Source of the DNA: Candidatus Hydrogenedentota bacterium
GTDB lineage: Bacteria; Hydrogenedentota; Hydrogenedentia; Hydrogenedentales; SLHB01
NCBI GenBank assembly: GCA_963674865.2
Contig: CAXXYE010000006.1
Coordinates: forward strand, 192,001 to 256,000
Reading direction: 5' to 3'
Length of the DNA stretch: 64,000 bases
Shown here: positions 42,395-51,734 of the stretch, piece by piece
Layout: each line of letters starts with the position of its first letter
Numbering within the stretch: position 1 is the first letter of the stretch
Translations under genes and position numbers: made by a program
Notes under the pieces: generated by a model
Databases searched by the model: none
The model's input: only the letters and a program-made list of their open reading frames with translations
Told to the model about the DNA's origin: nothing

Positions 42395-42576
42395 AAAACG
42401 CCCCCTGGTGTGAGACACGAACGATAGGGAAACTGCAGAACCGCCTTTCAGGCGAGGGCCAAACATGCTACTCAAGTCCTTACCACTCTTCATGAAGAAT
42501 ACCGAGCGGTCTGTTGACAAAGTTAGTTCTTGGTACGCGTATTATAAGTTTTTGGCAAGGATAAGTCAACGGGACG
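42395..42576 (-). ncRNA. Candidate 6S RNA or structured rny leader RNA
   Basis: Non-coding and upstream of rny. The minus strand has GGACUU...GGCCCUCGCCUG..GCGGUUC...GGGGGC, resembling the 3' half of 6S RNA. Boundaries are uncertain. Confidence 0.35.
42541..42569 (-). promoter_or_regulatory. Near-consensus sigma70 promoter upstream of rny
   Basis: Minus strand TTGACT-N17-TATAAT in a GC-rich genome. Confidence 0.7.
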
Positions 42577-42992
42577 GAAACGCCGGCGCGGTGGGAAATC
42601 CGTCCCTGACACACCGGATACGCAGTGACTTCCCGGCCTATCAGCACCGGTTCATACGGAAACAACGGGCCATAACCACTGTTAAGGCATTGTGCAACAG
42701 TTATTTAGCAGAGCTTCGCGGGCGCGGGACAGGGGCAATCCCTTCATTCACCAACCTGCGCAGGCCGTAAGACCGCGTTTCTGTCCAAGCCGCCAACACA
42801 ATTATCTCAGTTAGCTCAGAATTAGAGTCTTATTCGGAGGGGCCATGCCGACATTGAGGCCATAGGCCCCCACGCCCCTCCTGATTATCACGCCATCAGC
42901 AAGAATGAATACGGCAAAAAACGGTTTATTATGATTAAAACACAACCTCTTGCCGTGCGGCGAAGTGGGGCCATGGACTCCTCGTTCAGCTA

Positions 42993-45047
42993 TCACTCCT
43001 TCGCCCTTGTATGAGAGAGGTCTTCCCGCTTGTAGTAGATGATGCGCCCTCCTTCTTCTCCCACAAGCATGTCGGGGCCGTTTGGATCGCCGAAGTCGGC
43101 GACGGTCGGGCCGCACGCATGCTGGCCGAGAAAGATGGGTTCGCCGCGGAAAGTCATAATTTCCGGGAACTTGAAGACAGGCGCGGTATTGCTGCCCACA
43201 TTGCGTAGAAATAGGACGGCAGAGCCCGGGAGCCCGAGAGACTGTGGCAAGCCCGTCTCGGGATTCGGTACCGACCCGTGGCGCGGGGTGCCGACAATCA
43301 TGTCGACCAAGCCGTCCCGATCCCAATCCGCCAGATTCAGCTTGAGGCGTCCGGTACCGCCGGCAGACAAGGAATTGGCCTTGATAACGGCCCCGTCGTC
43401 GAGCCGTAACTTGCTGCCATCCGACAAGTTATAGTCGTCAAGACGCCAATAGAGGTGAAATTCGTCGTCGTCATCAAGGGCAACGTAGGCCATCTGCTCG
43501 CCCAACTTAGCGACGGCCGGTTTCACACGCCAGGTGCCGTGGAGGTCAAGTCCATCAAGATAGAGGGGACTTCCCGCCTCAAGTGCCGGCGCCTGAGGGG
43601 CGCCGCGGTTCAGGTAGATGGTGTGGCGCGCGGTGCTGTCACTCATCAGAATGTCCGGGAGTCCGTCGCCGTTCCAGTCGGCTACGGCCGGGCAGGCGTA
43701 TCCCCATCTCGCCTCGCCGGGGCCTTGAATATCGTCCCGGTAGCCAGGCTGGATGTCTATGGGCCGCCCGCCCGCCTCGATGGGCGCCCCAGGCGCAAAG
43801 GCCGGGGCCGCATTGCTCCCTATATTGCGGAAGAAGAGCACGCGGCCCTCGGAGTTTCCAGAGACGATATCCATAACGCCGTCGCCGTCCCAATCCACAA
43901 CATTGGGTACCGGCAGCGTACCTGCGTAAAGATCGGCTTTTTCTTCCAGAACCGGCACGGGATCATCGTAAATCGGCTTGTCCTCTCCGGTAAACGCGCC
44001 CGAAAAGCGATAGTAGTAGAGCCCGCCTTCGCCCGCGGCGATGAGGTCCGAATAGCCCGTATCGCGCTGCGGGTATGCAGTCGGCCCGGGATGAATAACC
44101 GGGTGACGGTGTGCGTTGCCGTAGGCATCGACGATGTGGCGGCGAGGGGCAAGCTCCAGGCCCGTCGCGGCGCGGTTGCGGTAGTAGTAGAGCCCCCCAT
44201 ACCATGATCCGCACAACACATCCCGCTCGCGTCCCGAGCCAAGGTTGACGGACGTGATGTGGCTGTACGACATCTGGACTTCATGATCCGTGGGCGAGAT
44301 TTGGCGGGCGTTGGCCGCGGGCCCGACAAAGGCCGCCGGCAGCGTCACCGCGTAGAGGAAGACATAGGGGAATCCGCCGCGCCATACGCCCGCGCCATCG
44401 TATGGCCTGTATTCCGGGGCTCGCCCGCCGAAGTCCGTGGGCTTATACGGCACGCCGTCGCCAATCTGAAGTAGGATCTCGACACTCCCATCGGGATTGG
44501 GGAGGAGCCCGACATTGCCGGGGCCGCCAGGCAGGTCCGGCAGGTCGATCCGGCCCGTTTCCTTGAATGCCCGACCCTCGATATCAAGAACCGTGCAAAC
44601 GAGTTGCGCGCCGTTGAGCCAGATTCCGTGAACCTTCCCATCGGCCGTCTGACAAATGGCCCCCGGCGGGGGGTAGGGGCCCTCAAAAGGATACGCGATG
44701 GCGATGCGGGTGCCGAACACAGGTGCACCATCGTCGGTGTCGGCCAGCCACGGATGGAGGAAAAGTCCCACATCTTGGCCAAACTTGGTGGTACTCAGAA
44801 GGAGGTCCGGACGTTCGGCGCCAAATATCGATGCAAAGCCGAGGGGCTCAGCCGTAATGGCATGCGCAGCCAAGGGGCCTCGGCCATCGGGCGTGCCGAC
44901 AGGGATGTCCTTACCGCTCACGAGCGCCCTGCCGGGGAACTGCGCGGCGACCCGGCCCGATGCTTCGCCCCACGCAAAATTTCGCGGCAGTAGACTCAGA
45001 ATGGCAAGAACCATCGAGAAAACCACTAATAGCTTCAGAAAAGTCAT
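42993..45047 (-). CDS. Secreted FG-GAP/VCBS repeat protein
   Basis: Signal peptide and repeated DWDGDGxxD / DWNGDGLPD / DWDRDGLVD motifs. Confidence 0.85.
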   Translation of the reverse strand: MTFLKLLVVFSMVLAILSLLPRNFAWGEASGRVAAQFPGRALVSGKDIPVGTPDGRGPLAAHAITAEPLGFASIFGAERPDLLLSTTKFGQDVGLFLHPWLADTDDGAPVFGTRIAIAYPFEGPYPPPGAICQTADGKVHGIWLNGAQLVCTVLDIEGRAFKETGRIDLPDLPGGPGNVGLLPNPDGSVEILLQIGDGVPYKPTDFGGRAPEYRPYDGAGVWRGGFPYVFLYAVTLPAAFVGPAANARQISPTDHEVQMSYSHITSVNLGSGRERDVLCGSWYGGLYYYRNRAATGLELAPRRHIVDAYGNAHRHPVIHPGPTAYPQRDTGYSDLIAAGEGGLYYYRFSGAFTGEDKPIYDDPVPVLEEKADLYAGTLPVPNVVDWDGDGVMDIVSGNSEGRVLFFRNIGSNAAPAFAPGAPIEAGGRPIDIQPGYRDDIQGPGEARWGYACPAVADWNGDGLPDILMSDSTARHTIYLNRGAPQAPALEAGSPLYLDGLDLHGTWRVKPAVAKLGEQMAYVALDDDDEFHLYWRLDDYNLSDGSKLRLDDGAVIKANSLSAGGTGRLKLNLADWDRDGLVDMIVGTPRHGSVPNPETGLPQSLGLPGSAVLFLRNVGSNTAPVFKFPEIMTFRGEPIFLGQHACGPTVADFGDPNGPDMLVGEEGGRIIYYKREDLSHTRAKE

Positions 45048-45208
45048 AACTCTCTCCCAGAATCGTTGCCCCTACTTGCCGCAGCCACTACGGAGTAGAT
45101 AATCGCATGGGCATTTCCGTGCAATCAAGACGGGCATTGTTCCGCGACACCACGATTCAGCTACAATGCGGTGGAGGTGTCCGACTCACGCTAGGAGAGA
45201 CGCCGGCC

Positions 45209-46186
45209 ATGCAACGTGTTCAGCCGTTTGTATTTGGGATGTCCGATTCGCTCATTGCGGAGGTGGGCGGCGTCCCCCTCGACGCGCTGCACCGCGATGT
45301 GGATGCCATCTGCCGGTGTTGCGATCGCATCCCCGAGGTAGCCGCGAGGCTGGGCGTCAAACCTCCGCAGCCGAGGCTGGCGGGATTCTCCTATTGCCAC
45401 GTGTCGGCCTTGGGCGCACCCGTGGTATTCGCGGCCGGCTCGGAGCCGAACGTGGTTCCCATCATCCGCACTCCCGAAGATATTGACGAGTTGCGAGCTC
45501 CGGCCGACTACCTCACGTCCGGCGTCGTGCCGGAGCGGTTGAGGGCGCTCGATGCGCTGCTCGCTCGGCGCCCCGAGGCCCGCAGGTCGATTGGGCACAC
45601 GTATGAAGGTCCCATGACAACCGCCGCACTGCTGATGGGGCAGGACTTCTTCCTACTGCCCTACGAGGACCCTACCCGTGCCCACCGCCTGCTCTCGTTC
45701 TGCACGGAGAGCGCGCTCGAATACTGCCGCGCGATCTCAGAGCGTCTCGGCCATCCCCTATCTCCCGGCCCCGTGGGCATTCCCGATGACTTCGCGGGCA
45801 TCTTGCCGCCCGCGCCGTTCCAGGAGTTTGTCATGCCCTATTGGGAGCGGTTCTACACCGCGCTTGAGGCCACCGACAGACGACTGCACAGCGAGCTGCT
45901 GCGAGAGGAGCACTTGCCCTTCCTTGCCGACCTGAACATAGCCGAGTACGATCCCTCCGCCGATCAGTACCTCACGGCGGAGTTGCTCCGTGCGCGTTGT
46001 CCTGTGCCGTTCACGGCGCGTATTCAATCGTGGCACATCCGGGATCTTGCGCCAGCCCAGCTCCAATCGATGTACCGGCGATTGGCGGCGTGTGAGCCGA
46101 CAAGGATCAGTTTCTATATGAATAGGCTGGCCGACGAGGAGAAGATCCTGGCCATCCTCGAGGCGGCGCGGGAACTCGCGTCGTAG
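45209..46186 (+). CDS. Uroporphyrinogen decarboxylase/MtaA-CmuA superfamily protein
   Basis: EGPMTTA, FFLLPYEDP, PDD and FQEFVMPY. AGGAG RBS. Confidence 0.75.
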   Translation: MQRVQPFVFGMSDSLIAEVGGVPLDALHRDVDAICRCCDRIPEVAARLGVKPPQPRLAGFSYCHVSALGAPVVFAAGSEPNVVPIIRTPEDIDELRAPADYLTSGVVPERLRALDALLARRPEARRSIGHTYEGPMTTAALLMGQDFFLLPYEDPTRAHRLLSFCTESALEYCRAISERLGHPLSPGPVGIPDDFAGILPPAPFQEFVMPYWERFYTALEATDRRLHSELLREEHLPFLADLNIAEYDPSADQYLTAELLRARCPVPFTARIQSWHIRDLAPAQLQSMYRRLAACEPTRISFYMNRLADEEKILAILEAARELAS

Positions 46187-46295
46187 GCCGGGATACGTTC
46201 CGGCATCTTGACTGAGGCCGGACGCGTTGCTATCTTGGCCTCGCTTTCGAGGGGGCGTGCTCGAGGCCGAAGAACAACATCGAGGTGATTGTGTG

Positions 46296-46820
46296 ATGAG
46301 CGCTGATGCCGAACTGCTGGTGGCGGTGATCATGGGCAGCAAGTCCGACTGGGACACCATGGAGGGGGCCGCGACGGCCCTCGCCGATTTCGACGTTCCC
46401 CACGAGTGCCGCGTCCTGTCCGCGCACCGGACGCCGGCGGAGCTGGCGGAGTACGTGGCATCGGCGGAGGCGCACGGCTGTGAGGTATTCATCGCCGGCG
46501 CGGGCGGCGCGGCACACTTGGCGGGTGTCATCGCGGCACAGACGATCCGGCCCGTACTCGGCGTGCCCATCGAGAGCGCCTCGCTGAAGGGCCTCGACTC
46601 ACTATTGTCGATGGTGCAGATGCCGTCGGGCATCCCGGTGGGGACGCTGGCCATAGGAAAGGCGGGGGCGGCGAATTCGGCGCTGCTCGCCATCGCCATC
46701 CTGGCGAACACTCGTCCCGACCTCCGCGACAAACTCGTCGCCTATCGGCAGAAGCGTGCTGAGAAAGTGCTCAAGGAAACCTTGCCGCAGAAGAACTCGG
46801 GGGTGGGTTTCTTGAGGTAG
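46296..46820 (+). CDS. purE: N5-CAIR mutase
   Basis: IMGSKSD, SAHRTP, AGGAAHL and SMVQMPSGIPV. Confidence 0.97.
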   Translation: MSADAELLVAVIMGSKSDWDTMEGAATALADFDVPHECRVLSAHRTPAELAEYVASAEAHGCEVFIAGAGGAAHLAGVIAAQTIRPVLGVPIESASLKGLDSLLSMVQMPSGIPVGTLAIGKAGAANSALLAIAILANTRPDLRDKLVAYRQKRAEKVLKETLPQKNSGVGFLR

Positions 46821-46839
46821 GCGTTTTCCGGAGCGCCGA

Positions 46840-48843
46840 TCACTCGCCGCGGATGTGATGATCGACAACCATGCCGTCATCTGCGTCATTGCGGGGGATG
46901 GTTTTCAGGCGATGGAAGAGGACTTTGGCGTCGATGACGCCGCCGACGGTGAGCCAGACGGTGGCGATGCCTCCGAGGATCAGGTTCATCCAAAGGTAGC
47001 CGCGCCAGAAAGCCGCCCAGGTATCGGTGTCGATATCAAATAGCAGGTTGGCCGCCGTGCCGATGATGAAGGTGCCCGACCACAGCACAGTCCATCCCAC
47101 CGTCGCCAGATAGATGACTTTGTCCCCGCGCGTGAATTCCTCGCCCATGCCGACGATGGCTTGGAGGCCGCGCACGGGCCGGCGTGAGCCAACGGCAAGG
47201 TCATCCTGAACCGCATACGCGCCGCGATGGAGCATGCGATCCATATTGAAGGCGGGCTGCCTGTCGAGTAGCGAGACGAGGATGTACATCGAGTAGGCGC
47301 ACATCATCGAGATAAACGAGAGCCACTGCCCGTTGAGCGTCGCGAGCTTGGCGAGCATACGCTGGAGGAAGGCGAGTTGCTCCGGCCATGACTCGATGCC
47401 GAGGAAGAAATCCGCACCGAATTGACGGAGCACTACGAAGGAGACGGCCAAGGTCGAGCCGGTAATCATGGCCGACCACGCCCCGCGCGTGGTGCCTCCC
47501 TTCCAATACAGGCCACCGATGATGACCGCCCCGGCCCCGCCGAGGTAAATCGCGCCGGTGATGGCGAAGAACATGAATATGTATTCCGTCTGCCGGAACA
47601 CGAGACTCCACACGAAGATAAACGCCCCCACGCCCAGGATCGACAGCCGCAGCAGGCGCAGGTGCTGCTTGGGCGTGAATGGTTTCTTGCGGAAGGGCAT
47701 GATCACATCCTGGATGAAGATGCTTCCCCACGAGTGCAGGTACGTGTCGTGCGTGCTGATGAAGGCGGCGAGCATCACCGCGCACAGCAGGCCCATGATG
47801 CCCCGCGGGAGCACCGTGCTGAGCGCGACGGGCACCGTGATCTGCGTCCGGATGGCTGGATTTTCGACGGTGGCGAGCACTCCGTCGGCCAAGGCTGCCT
47901 GGCGGGCGTATCCTGCGCCGTGCATAACCGCGTAGGCAGCAATTGGTAGAAACAGGATGACTCCCGTCTGCGCCAGCAGGCGCCAAGTCCCGATCACTTT
48001 GCCCATGCGCGCTTCGTGTGGCGTACGGGCCGATCCGTTGTAGGCTTGACTGCCCTGCCAGATCATGTATGTCGCGAAGATCGTGAAAAGCTGGATCAAG
48101 AAGAAGGCGACGTTGAAGTCCTTCGCGTTGCTGGTGTGGAAGGGGTGGATCATCGAGGCGTCCGCGGGCGCGGACTTCAGGGCGGCAACCACGTCGTGCC
48201 AGTCGAACATGTAGAGAAGCACGGCGAGTAGGACCACGAACGCGATGTTGCAGAAGGTTCCCTGGAGAAAGTCCGTCACAATGACGGCGATCTGGCCGCC
48301 GACATAGGTGAAGAAGAGGGCCATGGACAGCAGCGCGACCAGACACGCGAGGTACGTGGACACCTGCCATCCGAGCAGCGCGAAAGTCTCCGGGAGTCCG
48401 CAGAAGTAAATGAAAAACCGCGCGCCGACGGCGGGGAATATGCCGAAGTTCACCATGCCTGATACATAGGCAACCAGGCCGGCGAAGATGCGAAATCGCT
48501 TGCTATAGCGTATCTCGAGGAACTGCCCCATAGTCAGGCAGCGCGTCTGCCTGTAGCGATAGAGCACCCAGCCGGACAGGCCGATGATCATCAAGGCGGG
48601 CGTGGTCATCATGATCCACCAGGCGGCGGAGAAGCCCGCCGCATAGTGCATCTCGAACTGCGCGACTACCGTGATAGCGCCGATTCCCATGATGCCCTCG
48701 GCGATAGTAATGAGGTAGCGATTGGCGCAGCGGTTCGCCACCAGAAAATCGGCCACGCTCCGTGTGAAGCGGCGTGTATAGAGTGCGCCTGCTCCGAGCA
48801 CAGCAACAAGTCCGATAACGATGAGCCAATCGGCGGCGTGCAT
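46840..48843 (-). CDS. Sodium:solute symporter family protein
   Basis: DFLVANR, FLEIRYS, VTDFLQG, AAFIST and GLYWK, with many TM segments. Confidence 0.9.
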   Translation of the reverse strand: MHAADWLIVIGLVAVLGAGALYTRRFTRSVADFLVANRCANRYLITIAEGIMGIGAITVVAQFEMHYAAGFSAAWWIMMTTPALMIIGLSGWVLYRYRQTRCLTMGQFLEIRYSKRFRIFAGLVAYVSGMVNFGIFPAVGARFFIYFCGLPETFALLGWQVSTYLACLVALLSMALFFTYVGGQIAVIVTDFLQGTFCNIAFVVLLAVLLYMFDWHDVVAALKSAPADASMIHPFHTSNAKDFNVAFFLIQLFTIFATYMIWQGSQAYNGSARTPHEARMGKVIGTWRLLAQTGVILFLPIAAYAVMHGAGYARQAALADGVLATVENPAIRTQITVPVALSTVLPRGIMGLLCAVMLAAFISTHDTYLHSWGSIFIQDVIMPFRKKPFTPKQHLRLLRLSILGVGAFIFVWSLVFRQTEYIFMFFAITGAIYLGGAGAVIIGGLYWKGGTTRGAWSAMITGSTLAVSFVVLRQFGADFFLGIESWPEQLAFLQRMLAKLATLNGQWLSFISMMCAYSMYILVSLLDRQPAFNMDRMLHRGAYAVQDDLAVGSRRPVRGLQAIVGMGEEFTRGDKVIYLATVGWTVLWSGTFIIGTAANLLFDIDTDTWAAFWRGYLWMNLILGGIATVWLTVGGVIDAKVLFHRLKTIPRNDADDGMVVDHHIRGE

Positions 48844-48994
48844 GTTCACAGTGACTACGGCCTCCCGTGGGTTTGTAAGCGCTACCAATCGTGGGCGCCC
48901 AGATGGTAGAACATTCCACGCGTGAGGGCAACGTGTTGAGGGCTTGGTAGAAAGAACAGGAAGGAACAGCCGGACTGTGGGAGATACGAAAGCG

Positions 48995-50428
48995 ATGAAT
49001 GTGCTCTTTCTGATGTCAGACTCACTGACGCCGCACTTGACGGGATTTCACGGCGATAACGCCGCCCGCACACCACACCTCGATCAACTCGCCCGGAACG
49101 GCGTCGTCTTCGAGAATGCCTACTGCAACAGCCCATTGTGCGCGCCATCGCGGGCGTCCATGGTGACGGGGCGGTATGTCTCCGAAATCGGTGCTTTCGA
49201 TAACGCCAGTGAGTTCTCATCCGAATGGCCGACGATCGGACACGCCCTCGGCGCCGTAGGATACGAGACGGCCATCATCGGAAAGATGCACTTCATCGGA
49301 CATGATCAGAACCATGGCTTCGATCATCGGATCGCGCTGGAAACCGACTACACGAAACGCTACGACCCGCGCGGATACAACATCGCTTATCAATGGCAAC
49401 AGCCGTCGGGAGGTAATCCCGCCGGGCCTGGATGGATGGGGCCGAGCTACGTGAACTCATCGGAGTGGGATGACTATCGACACCACTACGACCGCGATGA
49501 AACCATCCACCGGGAAGTCCTATCCTACCTCTCCGCGAAAGGCCGGGACTCGGCGCCATTTTTCTGCTGCGTCTCCTACCATGCGCCGCACAATCCCTTC
49601 TGGATTCCTAACCAATTCCGGGAGCTGTTCCGAGACAAGGACCTGCCGCTGCCGCGCGTGCCGGAAGGCGTCGATACCTGCCACGGCCCCATGGACGCAT
49701 GGCTGAATGACTTCCACTACCAGCCGGAAGTTGCCGAGGAGATGATGAAGGAGGACAACCTCCGGTGGCTGTACGAGACGTACTACGGCATGACGTACGA
49801 CTTGGATCGCCGGATAGGAGAAGTCTTGGCGCTGCTGAAGAAGAACGGCCTGGATGACGACACGGCCATCGTGTTCGCCAGCGACCACGGCGATATGCTC
49901 GGCCATCGTGGCATGCTGCAAAAGCGCTGCTTCTATGAGCGCTCCGCACGCATCGCGCTCATGGGCTCCTTTCCCGGGCAGTGGCAGCAGGGAGCGCGGC
50001 TGAACGCGCCTGTATCGCTGATCGATTTGTTCCCCACCTTCGCCGATATGGCCGGTGCGCCGTGTCCCGATAACCTTCCGGGAGCCAGTCTGGCGCCGAG
50101 TCTCGAGAAGGGAACTGAGCCGGAAGAGCGCCCCGTATTCATCGAGTATCACGGCGAAGGCGTCCACGCGCCGTGTTTTGCCGTCCGCAAGGATGACCTC
50201 AAGTACGTCTACGTGCACGGCCACGAGGAGCGCTTATACAACGTTGTCGAGGATCCGGACGAGTGGACGAATCTGATCGACGAGAAGCGCTATGCTCCGG
50301 TGATCTCGAAACTCAAGGCTGCGGTGCTGGAGCAGTTTGATCCAGACAATATCGCCGAAAAGGCCCTCGTCAGCCAGCATAACCGCAGATTCGTCTATGA
50401 ATGCGTCCTCAAGGAGGCGACTGAATAG
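48995..50428 (+). CDS. Sulfatase (choline-sulfatase-like, cytoplasmic)
   Basis: SPLCAPSRAS (CxPxR), GKMH and SDHGD. No signal peptide. Confidence 0.9.
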   Translation: MNVLFLMSDSLTPHLTGFHGDNAARTPHLDQLARNGVVFENAYCNSPLCAPSRASMVTGRYVSEIGAFDNASEFSSEWPTIGHALGAVGYETAIIGKMHFIGHDQNHGFDHRIALETDYTKRYDPRGYNIAYQWQQPSGGNPAGPGWMGPSYVNSSEWDDYRHHYDRDETIHREVLSYLSAKGRDSAPFFCCVSYHAPHNPFWIPNQFRELFRDKDLPLPRVPEGVDTCHGPMDAWLNDFHYQPEVAEEMMKEDNLRWLYETYYGMTYDLDRRIGEVLALLKKNGLDDDTAIVFASDHGDMLGHRGMLQKRCFYERSARIALMGSFPGQWQQGARLNAPVSLIDLFPTFADMAGAPCPDNLPGASLAPSLEKGTEPEERPVFIEYHGEGVHAPCFAVRKDDLKYVYVHGHEERLYNVVEDPDEWTNLIDEKRYAPVISKLKAAVLEQFDPDNIAEKALVSQHNRRFVYECVLKEATE

Positions 50429-50514
50429 CCGAGCCATACCGGCGAGTCTTTGTATGTCATAATGATGCCGTCGTTCAGGCACGTCGATGAATCCAAAACG
50501 AAGAGGGAGATACC

Positions 50515-51672
50515 ATGGTTTTCATTACGTTGACTCTAGTCTTGTTGGGCGCGGGCCCGGAGGGGGTCTTTGAAGAGGGGCACATCTTCCCGGCGAGTCC
50601 GATGAAGTGCCACAGTTCGAGCGTTGTCGAGACGCCCGACGGGGATCTTCTCGCATGTTGGTACTACGGGGTGGGCGAGCGAAAGGACGATACGCTGATT
50701 ATCCGCGGCGCCAGGAAGCGCAAGGGCCAAACGGTGTGGGATACGCCGTTCCTCATGGCCGACAGCCAGGATCTGCCGGACTGCAATCCCATGATGTTCA
50801 TCGATCCGGCCAATAAGCTGTGGCTGTTCTGGGTGGCCGTGCAGGATAACGAATGGGGCGCGGCGCTGCTGAAGTACCGGACATCCACTGATTATTCCGG
50901 CCCCGGGGCGCCTCGGTGGGATTGGCAGGAAGTCGCCCACTGCCGGCCCAGGAACTTCGAGGAGCAGTGGTTTGCCTTTGCCGACGCGCACAAGCAGGAG
51001 ATGGATTACTACGAGGAAACCGCCGCCCCGGCCCGGACGAAGCTTGCGCGCCGCCTCGGATGGATGACGCGGGCACAGCCAATCATGCTTTCCGAAAAGC
51101 GGATGCTGGTGGGCCTCTACTCCGATGTGTTTCATTGCTCGTTGGCCATGGCGACGGAGGACAGCGGCACCACGTGGCAATTCAGCGATCCCATCCTCGG
51201 GATCGGTTGTATCCAGCCGGCATTCGCGCTCAAGAAGAATGGGGACGTGGTGGCGTATATGCGCGACTACAGCCCGGCCCACCGCATCCAGACGGCCGTA
51301 TCAAAAGACGGCGGTGTGACGTGGTCCGAGGCGACGCTAATGGACATCCCGAATCCCGGCTCGAGCGTCGAGTGCATCACGTTGGCGAACGGCAACTGGC
51401 TTCTGGTGTGTAATGACCCGGAATCGGGCAAGGAGCGCAACCAGCTGACGGTGTACCTTTCCGACGACGAAGGGGCCACCTGGAAATGGCGCCGCTCGCT
51501 CGAAACCGACGCGATGCAGGCGTCGTATCCGTCCGTCATCCAGGCAAAGGACGGCACCATGTATTGCACCTATACCTACTACCTCGGCCGTAATGCCGAG
51601 GGCCGGAAGATGCGCACCATCAAATGGGTTCGCTTCGACGAAGCCTGGGTAAAGGCCGGCGCGGGCAAATAG
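50515..51672 (+). CDS. Sialidase-like BNR/Asp-box repeat protein
   Basis: Asp boxes TEDSGTTW, SKDGGVTW and SDDEGATW, plus SYPS. Confidence 0.85.
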   Translation: MVFITLTLVLLGAGPEGVFEEGHIFPASPMKCHSSSVVETPDGDLLACWYYGVGERKDDTLIIRGARKRKGQTVWDTPFLMADSQDLPDCNPMMFIDPANKLWLFWVAVQDNEWGAALLKYRTSTDYSGPGAPRWDWQEVAHCRPRNFEEQWFAFADAHKQEMDYYEETAAPARTKLARRLGWMTRAQPIMLSEKRMLVGLYSDVFHCSLAMATEDSGTTWQFSDPILGIGCIQPAFALKKNGDVVAYMRDYSPAHRIQTAVSKDGGVTWSEATLMDIPNPGSSVECITLANGNWLLVCNDPESGKERNQLTVYLSDDEGATWKWRRSLETDAMQASYPSVIQAKDGTMYCTYTYYLGRNAEGRKMRTIKWVRFDEAWVKAGAGK

Positions 51673-51734
51673 AAGCCTGATCGAAAGCAAAGGAGATCGG
51701 CGACCATCGCGCGAGAAAACGCAGGAGAAGACAA

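Noticed and set aside
42514..42546. Plus-strand TTGACA promoter
   Set aside because: There is no -10 element at 16-18 nt spacing and no credible downstream gene.
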